From NCBI GenBank assembly GCA_963719085.1, contig CAVRAL010000001.1, forward strand, positions 832,001 to 896,000: a stretch of 64,000 nucleotides of DNA. Direction: 5' to 3'. Within the stretch, counting starts at the first letter, position 1, and the number at the start of each line of letters is the position of its first letter. This document shows, in pieces, positions 1 to 10,145 of this stretch. The notes beneath the pieces were generated by a model, which had not been told where the DNA came from, did no database searches, and saw only the letters and a program-made list of their open reading frames with translations. The position numbers and the translations under genes were made by a program. Source of the stretch: a candidate division FCPU426 bacterium. GTDB lineage: Bacteria > Oederibacteriota > Muellerivitia > Muellerivitales > Muellerivitaceae.

Positions 1-1
1 T

Positions 2-514
2 GACCGTGGCGGTCGGGGTGGGCGTGGGCGCGACCCGAGCGTCGATCAGGATATCCCGGTCATGACCGCCTTTTTGGACGGTTTCAATCACATGAACCAC
101 GATGGCGTATTCGGATTTATCCAGGTCAAAAAACTTTCCATAGATCGCGATTCTTTCCCCGGGCTTGAGCGCGTTCAGTTCGCTCAAATCCCCGGTTTGG
201 ACGGGGAAAAGCAACAGGGGAAACGAATAATGAAGGTCGTCCTTTTCTTTGATTGAGAATTTTAAAAGATTAAATTGATCGACATTTAAGCCCGCGGCCT
301 TCAATTTTTCCCGGTACTCAAATGGTTTTTTCCATTCGTAGGAGCTGAAGCTTCCTTCGGATTGAATCATGCGTCCGTTTTCCACCTCGTAATAATACTG
401 ACGAAGAAAGTCAAAATTGGTCATTTCATATTGGGTAAAGTAAAAATCGGGCGTGGGATCGGCCCAAAGCGGAGCGGCCATCAGGGACAACAAAAGGAAA
501 AGAATGGGTTTCAA
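2..514 (-). CDS. Hypothetical exported protein, truncated by the left window edge (MKPILFLLLSLMAAPLWAD... APTPTPTATV)
   Basis: Not in the ORF track. Manual translation gives an open frame from TTG at 514 to the window edge, with a GGAG SD upstream, a Sec signal peptide and a PT-rich linker. Confidence 0.7.
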   Translation of the reverse strand, partial: MKPILFLLLSLMAAPLWADPTPDFYFTQYEMTNFDFLRQYYYEVENGRMIQSEGSFSSYEWKKPFEYREKLKAAGLNVDQFNLLKFSIKEKDDLHYSFPLLLFPVQTGDLSELNALKPGERIAIYGKFFDLDKSEYAIVVHVIETVQKGGHDRDILIDARVAPTPTPTATV

Positions 515-607
515 AGGGGTCTCCCTTTTTTATTTCTTAAACGAGCCATTATAGCCAGACTTTTTGCATCCACCAACGAGATTGTGGCTCTTCCCCGCCG
601 GCTTGGG

Positions 608-3600
608 CTAAAAAATAGGGGCTAAATTAAAAATAAACTCCGGCGGGACGTTCTCATCGGTGCGCCAAGCCACGTCAAACCTTAATTCCACTAAGGATTG
701 CTGGAACAAGAAACTGTAAAAACGGATGCCGGCTCCCACGCTGTTATGAAAAACGCTTTGGGGCAATTCCCCGATTTTGTCCGAAACAACCCCCGTGTCC
801 ATGAAAACCGCCAGTTCCACATCCTTGATCAACAGAAAAGACAGGGGCTGTAAAACAAAGTTCAGGTTTTCGACCAAGGGATACCGCAATTCGGTGTTCC
901 AAAGCGCCACATTGCTTCCAAAAAAAGTCTGTCCCCCGAATCCCCGGATCGTGGTGAAGTAGGATTGAAAGGGCTGGTCGTCCCCGAGGAAAAACGTCTG
1001 GGGGTCCGGGCCTTGGGAGGTGATGCCGACTAAGCGGTTGGCCCAGACCAAGTGATTGAGGAAATCAAAATTAACGTAAGCTTGGGTCTCTAAAAAGACG
1101 TTGGCGAAATTGACGTTGGAATCCAGCACGGGAAGCGATTGAAGGAGCGTCAGATTGTAGGAGTAGCCGCTGTCGGGCCAAAATTGGGTTCCCCGGCGGT
1201 GATCTTTGATGTAGGCCAGCCGGTAAAAATTGGCCACATCCCATTGGCTGGAATTTTGGTTGTAGTTGGAAATCCCCTCGTTGAACTGCAGGTAAAGCGG
1301 GTTGCCTTGGAAGCGCTGGCTGCCCACGCCGTACTCCACCCGGGTATAGGTATCCAGCGGATAGCTGAAGGTCAGATCAAAACCGTTTTCATTGTCCCGG
1401 TACTGGTTCACGATATTCCCGGTTTGAAGGTCATAAAGCTGTAGGTAATTTTGATAGTAGTAAAAATCAAAATCGACCGTGGTTCTCCACTGGGAGAATT
1501 CATAGCCCAGCTGGATTCCGGTTTGGACGCTGGGGATGGAGTTGCCCACCAGCGAAATGCGGTGGTCCCCCAGGTAATCGCTCATTTGAACCACTCCCCC
1601 GCCCACAAAGCCGAAGGAACTGTCGTAGCCGGCCAGGAACAACAGGATATCGGGCGTCATTTTGATTCCGTAATCGTGGCCCTCGGTTTTGGATTGGGGA
1701 ACGGCGTCCACGATGGAAGACGGCGCGCTTTCGCCCGACGCGTTCTCGGCGGTCACGTAATAAAAGTAATGCTGGGCGGACTCCACCTCGAAATCGTTGA
1801 ACACATTCACGTTCGCGTTGGCGGTTTTCCCCGCGAAGCGGAAGGGCGCGCCCGGGGCCGTGGCCCGGTAAACGCGGTAATCATCCACCGGCGTCTCTTC
1901 CCCCTCGGTGGCGGTCCACTGGAGTTGGACCAGATTCGTCGCTTGAACCACCTGCAAGGCCGAAACCGGCGCCGGTTGGGACGGTTGGGGGCCCGCGGCC
2001 GCCGGAAGCGGGACCGGCTTCGCGTTGGGGTCCGAGGCGTCCAAGGCGGTCACGGTGTTGGAAACGGGGATCACCTTGGCGGCCCCGGAAAAGTCATTGG
2101 CCAGGAAAACGGCCCCACCGGGTGGATTGGGCAGGCGCTCGAACGCCTCCTGTTTAAACTGATAAAGCGATTCTTTCGATTTTTGGTAGAGGCCGACGTA
2201 AAAGAAATTCTCATCCGGCGACACCGAGACACTGAGGGTGTCCGTGAAGGTGTTGGTCAATTGGGTGAGGTGGGCGCCGTTCAAATCCATTTGATAGAGG
2301 TTAAATATTTTATTGTTCCGGTTCGAGGTGAAATAAATCGATTGCCCGACCGCCTGGAACGAGGTGATGGAGTCCAGATCCTTCCCCAGGGTCACCGGAA
2401 GGGCTTGCGGGTCCGGCAGACCGTCCTGGGTTAAACGCAGTTGAATCAGCGCGGTGGTCCCGGAATCCTCTTGAAGGTAAAAAATCGAATCGCCCCGGGT
2501 GGAATACTGGGCCCAGGACTTGTTGGCGGTGCTTTGGGTGAGGCGGTCCACCCGCCCGGTGGCCAGCTCATAACGGTATAGGTCGGTTGAAAAATAATCG
2601 TATCCGGAAAACAGGATATATTTTTGATCGATGGACCAAGCCGGCGAAAAAAGCATGGGGAGATTTTTGACCGGGTATTCCTCGGACTTGCGGGTCCTCA
2701 CTTGGGTGACCCAAAGCCGGTTTTCCCCGTTCCGGTTGACGACGGCGGCGATAAATTGACCGTCCGGCGACCAAGCCAAACCGGACCCGCGGGTATTGAA
2801 CGTATCGCTCTTTAAAACATGCTTCTCTTTGGTGGTGGTATCCAGGATTCCCAGCTCGTCCCGCTTCAGGTAGGCCACCCAGCGCCCGTCCGGCGACACC
2901 GCGCTTTTGCCGGCTCCGGCTTCCAGCACTTCCCCGTATTTTTCAGGGACAGGCAAGCCTTGGATGCGGGCCCAGGTCTGGGCTTTGAGGAAAAAGTGCC
3001 AGTTTTGGTAGAGCTGATCCATGCTGAGGCCGAAAAGATTTTTGATCACGGCGTCCGGCGATTGGTTGTTCGCCATTCTTTTCATCATGTCGGGAACCTT
3101 GTCCGGGCCGTAAACTTGGGTGACATAGTCCAGGATGCTTTGGGATTCCTTGTAAGCGGTGTAAACCTGGGGAAAATGCCCGAAGGAGTTCAGCAGATTC
3201 AAGGGCAGCACGTCGTCATTGAGGATCGCGTCCCGCAAAACCATTTCCCCCTGCCCGTCCAAATGCTGGGCGTTCCATTCGGCCATGCCTTCCATCATCC
3301 AAGTGGGCACCAAGACGGATTTAAACAAATTGATGGACCGCCAGCCTTCGCCGTAAATCAGGTTGTATTGAAAGGCGTGGGTCAGCTCATGGGTGATGAC
3401 CTTATTCAACTCGTAATAAGAGCCGTCCATGGGGACCACGATCCGGTTTTTAAAAACCTCGGTAAAGCCGCCCACGCCCTCATCCAGGAATTCCTCCGTA
3501 ATGTTGGTTTCTTGGAACTGCTGGGGGGTGCCATAGATGAAAAGCGGGATTTTATTTTGAGGCTGGGGGACATAATTGAACATCCGGCTGGTTTTTAAAA

Positions 3601-3829
3601 AAGCCGCTTCGCAGTCTTGGCTGGCGATTTGGGCTAATTTCTCGCAAGGGTCATAATAGTAAATTTCGAAATGATCAGTTTCCAGAACGCGCCAATGGAG
3701 GTCATCGTGATACCGGACTTTGTTGATCCCGAACTCAAGCGCGTCCGCGCCGGTGAGAAAGCCAAAAAACAGCAACAACCAAGCCCCGACGATGGGTTTC
3801 CAGGTTTTTGAGAGGAAAACAAAATTCAT
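608..3829 (-). CDS. Multidomain Omp85/BamA-family outer membrane protein: MA-clan metallopeptidase, TolB/PD40-like propeller, FN3 domain and C-terminal beta-barrel
   Basis: Signal peptide; HELTH plus WMMEGMAE zinc motif; SPDG/WSPDG repeats; FN3-like segment VQLQW...YRVYR...YYVTAENASGES; IRGFGG loop-6 motif; ELRYP; C-terminal Phe. Confidence 0.8.
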   Translation of the reverse strand: MNFVFLSKTWKPIVGAWLLLFFGFLTGADALEFGINKVRYHDDLHWRVLETDHFEIYYYDPCEKLAQIASQDCEAAFLKTSRMFNYVPQPQNKIPLFIYGTPQQFQETNITEEFLDEGVGGFTEVFKNRIVVPMDGSYYELNKVITHELTHAFQYNLIYGEGWRSINLFKSVLVPTWMMEGMAEWNAQHLDGQGEMVLRDAILNDDVLPLNLLNSFGHFPQVYTAYKESQSILDYVTQVYGPDKVPDMMKRMANNQSPDAVIKNLFGLSMDQLYQNWHFFLKAQTWARIQGLPVPEKYGEVLEAGAGKSAVSPDGRWVAYLKRDELGILDTTTKEKHVLKSDTFNTRGSGLAWSPDGQFIAAVVNRNGENRLWVTQVRTRKSEEYPVKNLPMLFSPAWSIDQKYILFSGYDYFSTDLYRYELATGRVDRLTQSTANKSWAQYSTRGDSIFYLQEDSGTTALIQLRLTQDGLPDPQALPVTLGKDLDSITSFQAVGQSIYFTSNRNNKIFNLYQMDLNGAHLTQLTNTFTDTLSVSVSPDENFFYVGLYQKSKESLYQFKQEAFERLPNPPGGAVFLANDFSGAAKVIPVSNTVTALDASDPNAKPVPLPAAAGPQPSQPAPVSALQVVQATNLVQLQWTATEGEETPVDDYRVYRATAPGAPFRFAGKTANANVNVFNDFEVESAQHYFYYVTAENASGESAPSSIVDAVPQSKTEGHDYGIKMTPDILLFLAGYDSSFGFVGGGVVQMSDYLGDHRISLVGNSIPSVQTGIQLGYEFSQWRTTVDFDFYYYQNYLQLYDLQTGNIVNQYRDNENGFDLTFSYPLDTYTRVEYGVGSQRFQGNPLYLQFNEGISNYNQNSSQWDVANFYRLAYIKDHRRGTQFWPDSGYSYNLTLLQSLPVLDSNVNFANVFLETQAYVNFDFLNHLVWANRLVGITSQGPDPQTFFLGDDQPFQSYFTTIRGFGGQTFFGSNVALWNTELRYPLVENLNFVLQPLSFLLIKDVELAVFMDTGVVSDKIGELPQSVFHNSVGAGIRFYSFLFQQSLVELRFDVAWRTDENVPPEFIFNLAPIF

Positions 3830-3875
3830 GCAGGACCCTTCACAAAATGACCGGATGAGCTAGAACCCGGATGTT

Positions 3876-5717
3876 TTAGCGAAGCGCGCCGATCCAAATG
3901 CCCAGCCGGTTGATCGAAGGGTACCATAAATTTTCAGGGCAAACGAAAGCCACGTTGGCGCCGTTGGGCGTCGGGGCCGGGTCCCGGGTCGCGATTTGGG
4001 GCAAAATGAGGTTTTGAACGGTGTCGAGGTTCGCGTCCAATATTTTGACATGGGTAAAGCCGGTGGTTTTCCCGAAAATTTTCTCGTTTTGCTCAAACAA
4101 GATCTTTTGGGCGTCCGGGGTCCAGGTGATTTTCCCGATGGAGTCGCTCGTCTCGTAAAGTTTCGCCTCCTTGGAACCGTCCGGATGAACGGTCCAAAGG
4201 CTGGTCAGCTTCCCGTCCTGGCGGACGAATAAAAAGCGGAATCCGTCGGGGGCCGGAATGACTTTAACCAAAGTGAAGTGATGCGGCGGAAGGTCCGCGG
4301 GATTGATCGCCTCATCGTGGTCGGCGCCTAAAAGACGCAGTTCTTGGCTTTTTTTGGCGGCCAGGGAGTAAACCTGGAGGGTGGAGGCGGTTCCGGTTCC
4401 CTCGATATAGGCGATCGATTTTGAGCCGTGGATCCAAGAAGGCGACGCGAGGGAATCGTTGGAAAGAAGGATGGTTTTAAACTTCTTTTTCAAAGGCGAA
4501 ACCGTGAGTATGGCGTTTTGCCCGTCTTTTTCCGCCAGAAAAAGAAATTCGCCCAAGTCCTCGGACCAAAGCGAGCCGTCCCCGGTTTGGATCACGCCGT
4601 TTTCAGTCAACGTTTGTTGGGCGGAGGTGGAAAGATTGGTCAACCGAAGATTCCGGGTTCCGCCGGAGCTGACATCCGACAGGATGTATTTTCCGTTCGC
4701 GACGAAAACCGGCGTGAAGGAGTCGTCCCCCGCGGGATATTTAATCATGGGGTTTTTGCGGTCATTCGGGGTAAAGAGCTCCAAATACCATTGGTCGGTT
4801 TTAACCGAGAAGGCCAGTTTTTTTCCGTCGGGCGCGTAGCTGAGCGCGTACACGTCGCCGGCGATTCCCTTCACGGCCGAATCCAGCTCAATCAGGTTGC
4901 ATTGGGATTCTTTATTGAAGAAAAAGTTGTAAGCCGAAGGAACCAACAAGGCGATGGTTCCCAAAAGACAAACCGCCCGGATCCAAACCCGGCCCTCGGG
5001 CGATGAAAAAGGCGAGGAGCTGATGGAAACCAAGACCATGACCAAGGAGAAAAAAGCCAAGATGAGTCCCACCAAAACAAAAAAGTTTATGGTGAGGGAG
5101 GCCAGGAAAGCCAAGGCCAGGGCCAAGGAGGCGATCTTAAGTCCGGCGTATTCGGGCGAGCGATTTTTAAAATGCGATACCACGTACCAAAGCAGATAGG
5201 ACAGGAATAACAGGAACAGAAGCAGCAACAAGACCACGTTTTGCATCTTGGGCCAAAAACGCAGGCCCACCCCGATGGCGTAAAAGGCCAAGAGGTATAG
5301 GAAAAAGCTTTGTGTTCCAATGAGCGGAATCTTCCAGCTGTGGGGAAATTGACGGCTGTTTTTAGCGGCGGCGGCGTAGGCGTTTCGGGTCATGGCCCTT
5401 GACCTGGCGATGAACAACAAGCCGATCCCCGTCAGCAAAAAGGGCCAGCTGGTGACGGACGCGGTCAAGGGGCCGGTCACGTCGGGAATTTTAAAAAACG
5501 CTTTTTTGGTGAAGACCGTGATCCAGGTCAAACCGACGATCGCGAAACCGATCAGCGCGATGGTGGTGATGGATAAGAAGGATAAAACATTTTTAAGGAA
5601 ACTTTGGCCGGACGCCAGCAATTTTTCAACCCAGGGCCGGGGCGCCGGCGCGGCCGGGGGCGCGTCTTGCGGTCCGGGGGTGTTTTGCGCGTTGATTGGG
5701 GAGTCAGCCACGGTCAT
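3876..5717 (-). CDS. Multi-pass membrane protein with a C-terminal TolB-like beta-propeller
   Basis: Several hydrophobic segments at the N-terminus, then YAPDG/PAPDG/WTPDA repeats. Confidence 0.7.
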   Translation of the reverse strand: MTVADSPINAQNTPGPQDAPPAAPAPRPWVEKLLASGQSFLKNVLSFLSITTIALIGFAIVGLTWITVFTKKAFFKIPDVTGPLTASVTSWPFLLTGIGLLFIARSRAMTRNAYAAAAKNSRQFPHSWKIPLIGTQSFFLYLLAFYAIGVGLRFWPKMQNVVLLLLLFLLFLSYLLWYVVSHFKNRSPEYAGLKIASLALALAFLASLTINFFVLVGLILAFFSLVMVLVSISSSPFSSPEGRVWIRAVCLLGTIALLVPSAYNFFFNKESQCNLIELDSAVKGIAGDVYALSYAPDGKKLAFSVKTDQWYLELFTPNDRKNPMIKYPAGDDSFTPVFVANGKYILSDVSSGGTRNLRLTNLSTSAQQTLTENGVIQTGDGSLWSEDLGEFLFLAEKDGQNAILTVSPLKKKFKTILLSNDSLASPSWIHGSKSIAYIEGTGTASTLQVYSLAAKKSQELRLLGADHDEAINPADLPPHHFTLVKVIPAPDGFRFLFVRQDGKLTSLWTVHPDGSKEAKLYETSDSIGKITWTPDAQKILFEQNEKIFGKTTGFTHVKILDANLDTVQNLILPQIATRDPAPTPNGANVAFVCPENLWYPSINRLGIWIGALR

Positions 5718-5749
5718 CCTCCAAAAGTGGTTTTGGTTTTCGCGATCGG

Positions 5750-6715
5750 CTAAAAGGCTTTGTAGTCCAACTCGAGCCCCAGGTGCGACTGGCTTAAGAA
5801 TGAAAAGGGCGTCAGGTTATCAAGCATTTGGCGGAATTTCGGCGGCGCGTCCAGATAAACCTCGGGTGTTCCCTTGATGCCGGCCAATTTGGCTGTGGCG
5901 TCCACCGCGTCCTCGTAATTGCCCAACTCGTCGATGAAACCCAGCTCACAGGCCTTTCGGCCGGTCAAAACCCGTCCATCGGCGTATTGCAGGATATATT
6001 GCCGGATTTGGGCGTCGCCGATTTTGTCCGCTTTTTGGCCGGTGGTTTTGGCTAATTTCGCCTGGAAAACTTTCCGGCGGGAATCCAAAACGGATTGAAG
6101 AAATTGCCCGAAGACATCATTGATGGTGGATTGGAGATAGTCGCGCTCTTGGGGGGTCATGGAACGGCTGAAACTTCCCGTGTCTTTAAACTTCCCGCTT
6201 TTGATGGTTTGGAATTTTAAGCCGACTTTGTCCAAAAGCGAGGAAGCGTCGGGAAACTCGGCGATCACGCCGATGGAAGCCGTCAGGGTGCCCGGATCGG
6301 CGATGATCTTATCGGTGGCCGCGGCGATGTAGTAGGCTCCCGAGGCCGCCACGCTGGACATGCTGGCCACGACGATTTTTTTATCGGCGCGGGCCTTTAA
6401 GATTTCGGAATAAATTTCCTGGGACGGGGCCACCGCCCCGCCGGGGCTGTTCAAACGAAGCAAAAGGGCCTTGGAGGAGCCCAGGCGGAACTCTTTGATC
6501 CTTCGGACCAGGTCGTCGCTCTCATAAATCGGCCCGTTGATCTCGATCAAGGTGATCTGGTCGGAGCCGCCCGAACCCTGGCCCACATGGCCGATGATTT
6601 TCTCGGCGCAAACGGCCACCACGATCAGGCTGATCACGAAAAACAGGCCCAAACCCAGCAATAAATAGACAAAGGAGTGGCTGGTGGAAGGCGCGGTCGG
6701 CGGGTTGGGTTTCAT
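5750..6715 (-). CDS. sppA: Signal peptide peptidase SppA (protease IV, S49)
   Basis: LRLNSPGG, AASGAYYIA, IKSGKFKD and GFIDELG motifs. Confidence 0.92.
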   Translation of the reverse strand: MKPNPPTAPSTSHSFVYLLLGLGLFFVISLIVVAVCAEKIIGHVGQGSGGSDQITLIEINGPIYESDDLVRRIKEFRLGSSKALLLRLNSPGGAVAPSQEIYSEILKARADKKIVVASMSSVAASGAYYIAAATDKIIADPGTLTASIGVIAEFPDASSLLDKVGLKFQTIKSGKFKDTGSFSRSMTPQERDYLQSTINDVFGQFLQSVLDSRRKVFQAKLAKTTGQKADKIGDAQIRQYILQYADGRVLTGRKACELGFIDELGNYEDAVDATAKLAGIKGTPEVYLDAPPKFRQMLDNLTPFSFLSQSHLGLELDYKAF

Positions 6716-6787
6716 GGAAAACGAATTTTAACAGACAATGGGGGTCGATGCAACCAACAGTCTTAGAGTCGCTAACAAAACCTTTTC

Positions 6788-6864
6788 ACAATGATAAACA
6801 CGGATGAACGCAGGGAGGAATGGCCGAAATCCTATGATTTCCCCAAATCAGCGTTCATCATTGT
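6788..6864. repeat. Family B palindromic element (9-mer tandem arms), partly degenerate
   Basis: acaatgataaacacggatgaacgcag ... atcagcgttcatcattgt; matches the copies at 51779, 53152 and 62247. Confidence 0.8.
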
Positions 6865-6898
6865 TCAGTGACTTTGAGTTTGATTAGAAGTTCTTAAT

Positions 6899-7345
6899 TC
6901 AATGGTCTTTCCAGCGGTTTCCAAGGTATCCCGGCGGTTTTTTCCATCCCGATTGGATTCCCTCCAAAATTTCAAGCCGGACGTCCGGATGCAGGGTCAT
7001 GGACATCAACTCGGATAGGGGATAATAAGCGGCGTCCCGTAAAACATTGTCCGGCGTTACGGTAATTTGGGTCTGGTGGGAGGTGACGCGGAAATAAAGG
7101 TTCAACACTTGCCGGTGGCGGTCCGGTGGAATCGAGTCCTGGACCAAAACCAGCTCCCCCACCTCAATCGGGAGCCCCACTTCTTCCACAAATTCCCTTT
7201 TCAAGGCTTCTTCCAGGGTTTCGCCAAACTCCACCCCGCCTCCGGGCAGCAGCCAATAGCTTTTTCCATTCTTTTCATGCCGAACTAAAAGAATGGTGTC
7301 ATCCTTTAAAAACAATCCCGCCACGCGGATTCGAATGTTCGCCAC
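6899..7345 (-). CDS. NUDIX hydrolase
   Basis: Nudix box PGGGVEFGETLEEALKREFVEEVG. Confidence 0.9.
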   Translation of the reverse strand: MANIRIRVAGLFLKDDTILLVRHEKNGKSYWLLPGGGVEFGETLEEALKREFVEEVGLPIEVGELVLVQDSIPPDRHRQVLNLYFRVTSHQTQITVTPDNVLRDAAYYPLSELMSMTLHPDVRLEILEGIQSGWKKPPGYLGNRWKDH

Positions 7346-7355
7346 GCTGTTCCTC

Positions 7356-8279
7356 CTAGGCCTTGATCAAATCACTCAAAATGAAACCGATCACGTCCGA
7401 GATTTTATCCCGTTCGTCCAGATTGATCCACTGAACTGAATGCTGGTGTTTGAACCAGGTCCATTGCCGTTTGGCGTATTGGCGGGTGCGCCGGAAAATT
7501 TTTTCTTTGGCTTCCGCTTCCGTCATCTGTTGGCTCAAATAAGCGTCCGCCTCTTGATAGCCGATGGCGCCCCAGACCGGATGATCCTCCGAAAGGCCCG
7601 AGCGCCGCAAAAACCGGGCCTCGTCCAAAAGTCCCCGGCGCCACATGGTCTCGACGCGTTCCCGCAAGCGCAGGTCAAGTTTTTCCCGGCTTCTTTCCAA
7701 ACCATAAAACTTAAACTGGTCGGGTTGAAAGGCGGGCGCGGGCCTGAGCGAGGGAGCCCCATAGGATTTTTCCAAGGCCCGGCCGATCCGGTAAATATCG
7801 TTGGGATGGATCCGTTTCGCCGATTCCGGAGATCGTTCCATAAGCCACTGATATGATTTTTCGGGGCCCTTTTCGGTGATTTGATCCGAAATCCAGGAAC
7901 GCAGTTCCAACGCCGGCGCTTCCCCCTCGGGCACGCCTTCCACCAGGGCCTTCAAATAAAAACCCGACCCGCCCACGACCACGAGTTTTTTTCCCTCCGC
8001 CTGACAGGTCTTGATGAGGCTGGACGACCTTCGGGCGAATTCCGCCGCGTTCCAGGTTTCGCCCATGTCCAGGCAATCCACCAAATGATGCGGGACTTGG
8101 CGCCGCTCCTCAATTGAGGGCTGGGCGGTCCCCACGGACAAACCTCGATAGACCTGAAAAGCGTCAGCCGAAAGTATCTCCGCGCCCCATTCCCGGGCCA
8201 ATTGGAAGGCTACCTCAGACTTGCCCACACCCGTGGGGCCGACTAAGACCGGGTAAGGGATCAGGGAAACTCCGCTCAA
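7356..8279 (-). CDS. miaA: tRNA dimethylallyltransferase MiaA
   Basis: GPTGVGKS, SADAFQVY, VGGSGFY and TRQYAKRQWTWF; next to mutL. Confidence 0.95.
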   Translation of the reverse strand: MSGVSLIPYPVLVGPTGVGKSEVAFQLAREWGAEILSADAFQVYRGLSVGTAQPSIEERRQVPHHLVDCLDMGETWNAAEFARRSSSLIKTCQAEGKKLVVVGGSGFYLKALVEGVPEGEAPALELRSWISDQITEKGPEKSYQWLMERSPESAKRIHPNDIYRIGRALEKSYGAPSLRPAPAFQPDQFKFYGLERSREKLDLRLRERVETMWRRGLLDEARFLRRSGLSEDHPVWGAIGYQEADAYLSQQMTEAEAKEKIFRRTRQYAKRQWTWFKHQHSVQWINLDERDKISDVIGFILSDLIKA

Positions 8280-10093
8280 TGTCGGTCGAACTTTCGATAA
8301 AGTTCGGATAAGGGGATGCCCATCAAGGTCGGCCGCCCATGGGGGCAGGTGAAGGGCAGGTTTTCCTTTCGCATTTGGTCGATCAAACCAGTCATTTGTT
8401 CCTGGGTTAAGTGGTCTCCCGCCATGACCGCGCTTCGGCAGGACATAAAGGTGAGCGCCTTTTCCCTGATTTGCTGGATCCGGTCCGGGCCCTGGGTGCC
8501 GTTTTTCTCGTTTTCGGACATTTCTTCGATCAAATCTTTTAAAAGTTGGGTGACATTTTTGCCGGCGAAATCGGCCGGAACACTGCGGATCAAAAAGGTA
8601 TTTCCCCCGAAAGGCGAGACTTCCAAGCCCAGTTCCATCAAGACATCTAAATGATGGCGCAGGACCTGGGCTTCCCGCGGATTAAGCTCCAGGGTTTGGG
8701 CCACCAAAAGCGGCTGGACTTCCAATTGATGCTCCCGCAGGCCCTTCATCAACCGTTCGTAATTGAGCCTTTCGTGCACCGTGTGCTGGTCGGCGATGTA
8801 CATCTCGTCGTCGGATTGGAAAACAATGAAGGTGTTGAACAATTGGCTGAAGTTATAGAGCGGGATTTGGGGATCGATCCGTTTGGCTTGGGCCGAAGCC
8901 TTATCCAGCTCGAACTTTTCGGAAGGTGAGGGAAAGCCGGAATGATTTTCCGAAAGCCCCCGCAAAAGCTTAAAGGGGTCGCTTCCCTGCGCCGCGAAAG
9001 CCGCCAGGGGAGAAACTGTGTTTTCCCGGGCCAAAGGAAGCGGTGCCGGGCTTTCGCCCGGTTGAGCCAAGGCGGGCGCGTCTTCGGAAATCGGCGCCGT
9101 GCCGTTCATCGCGTCCATGAGCGCTTTTCGGATCGCTTTCACCACAGCGTCGAAAATTTCCCGGTCTTTGGCGAATTTGACTTCACGCTTGGTGGGATGG
9201 ACGTTCACATCGACTTCGTCCAAGGGTACATCGATGAATAAAACCGCCACGGGAAAACGCCGGGTCGGTAAAAAGGTGCGGTAGGCGGTCATGACGGCGT
9301 AACCCAGCGAGGGGTTGTTGATCCAGCGGCCATTGACGAAATAAATCATGTTTTCGCGGGTAGGTTTGTTGACCGTGGGGACACTGATCATTCCCCGGAT
9401 TTTCAAATGGGGCCCTTGCCAGTCCAAAGGAATCAGGCTGGGAAATAGGTCCTTCCCCAAAACCTTCGAGACCCGGGCTTCAAAACTGGAAGCGGAAACA
9501 TCCAAGGCCACTTTTGAGTCCAGGGTCAGCTTGAAACCCACCTGGGGATTGGCCAAGGCGTAAGTCGTGACCACCATCAAAATGTGGTTTTCCTCGGTGC
9601 TTTTCTTTTTCATGAACTTCAACCGGGCCGGGGTGTTGAAAAACAAATTGGAGACGCTCAAGGTGGTGCCGATAGGCCGTCCCATCTCAGTTTCCACGGG
9701 AGCGGAGCCGCCTTTTATTTTTAGGGAGATCCCCGAAATCGAGGCCTTAGTCCGGCTGGAAAGCTCAAAATGGGAAACCGAGGCGATGCTGGAGAGCGCC
9801 TCGCCGCGGAATCCAAAAGAATGAAGGCTTTGCAGATCATCCACTTGGCGGATTTTGCTGGTGGTGTGTTTCAACACCGAAAGGCGGGCGTCTTCGGGCG
9901 CCATCCCTTCCCCGTCATCGGCGACCTTGATGAGTTTGAGGCCGCTTTCCACAATTTCCACTTCAATGAAACCAGCCTTGGCGTCCAGCGCGTTTTCCAA
10001 TAATTCTTTCACCACCGAAGCGGGTCTTTCGACCACCTCACCGGCCGCGATTTGATTGATGACGTTGGGGGGCAGCTCTTTTATTTTGGGCAA
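8276..10093 (-). CDS. mutL: DNA mismatch repair endonuclease MutL
   Basis: NQIAAGEVVERPASVVKEL, GFRGEAL, DVNVHPTK, DQHTVHER and CPHGRP. Confidence 0.97.
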   Translation of the reverse strand: MPKIKELPPNVINQIAAGEVVERPASVVKELLENALDAKAGFIEVEIVESGLKLIKVADDGEGMAPEDARLSVLKHTTSKIRQVDDLQSLHSFGFRGEALSSIASVSHFELSSRTKASISGISLKIKGGSAPVETEMGRPIGTTLSVSNLFFNTPARLKFMKKKSTEENHILMVVTTYALANPQVGFKLTLDSKVALDVSASSFEARVSKVLGKDLFPSLIPLDWQGPHLKIRGMISVPTVNKPTRENMIYFVNGRWINNPSLGYAVMTAYRTFLPTRRFPVAVLFIDVPLDEVDVNVHPTKREVKFAKDREIFDAVVKAIRKALMDAMNGTAPISEDAPALAQPGESPAPLPLARENTVSPLAAFAAQGSDPFKLLRGLSENHSGFPSPSEKFELDKASAQAKRIDPQIPLYNFSQLFNTFIVFQSDDEMYIADQHTVHERLNYERLMKGLREHQLEVQPLLVAQTLELNPREAQVLRHHLDVLMELGLEVSPFGGNTFLIRSVPADFAGKNVTQLLKDLIEEMSENEKNGTQGPDRIQQIREKALTFMSCRSAVMAGDHLTQEQMTGLIDQMRKENLPFTCPHGRPTLMGIPLSELYRKFDRH

Positions 10094-10145
10094 GAAAAAA
10101 CCTCAGGGACTAATCTCGTAAACTCGAACGGCTTTTTCAAGTTTT

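Noticed and set aside
6762..6897. Possible outer inverted repeat around the family B copy (agagtcgctaacaaaac / gtttgattagaagttct)
   Set aside because: Only about 11 of 17 positions match, and it is not seen around the other copies.
8760..8800. MutL endonuclease motif reads DQHT instead of DQHA
   Set aside because: This is a single conservative change; the acidic and His residues plus SCR and CPHGRP are intact.
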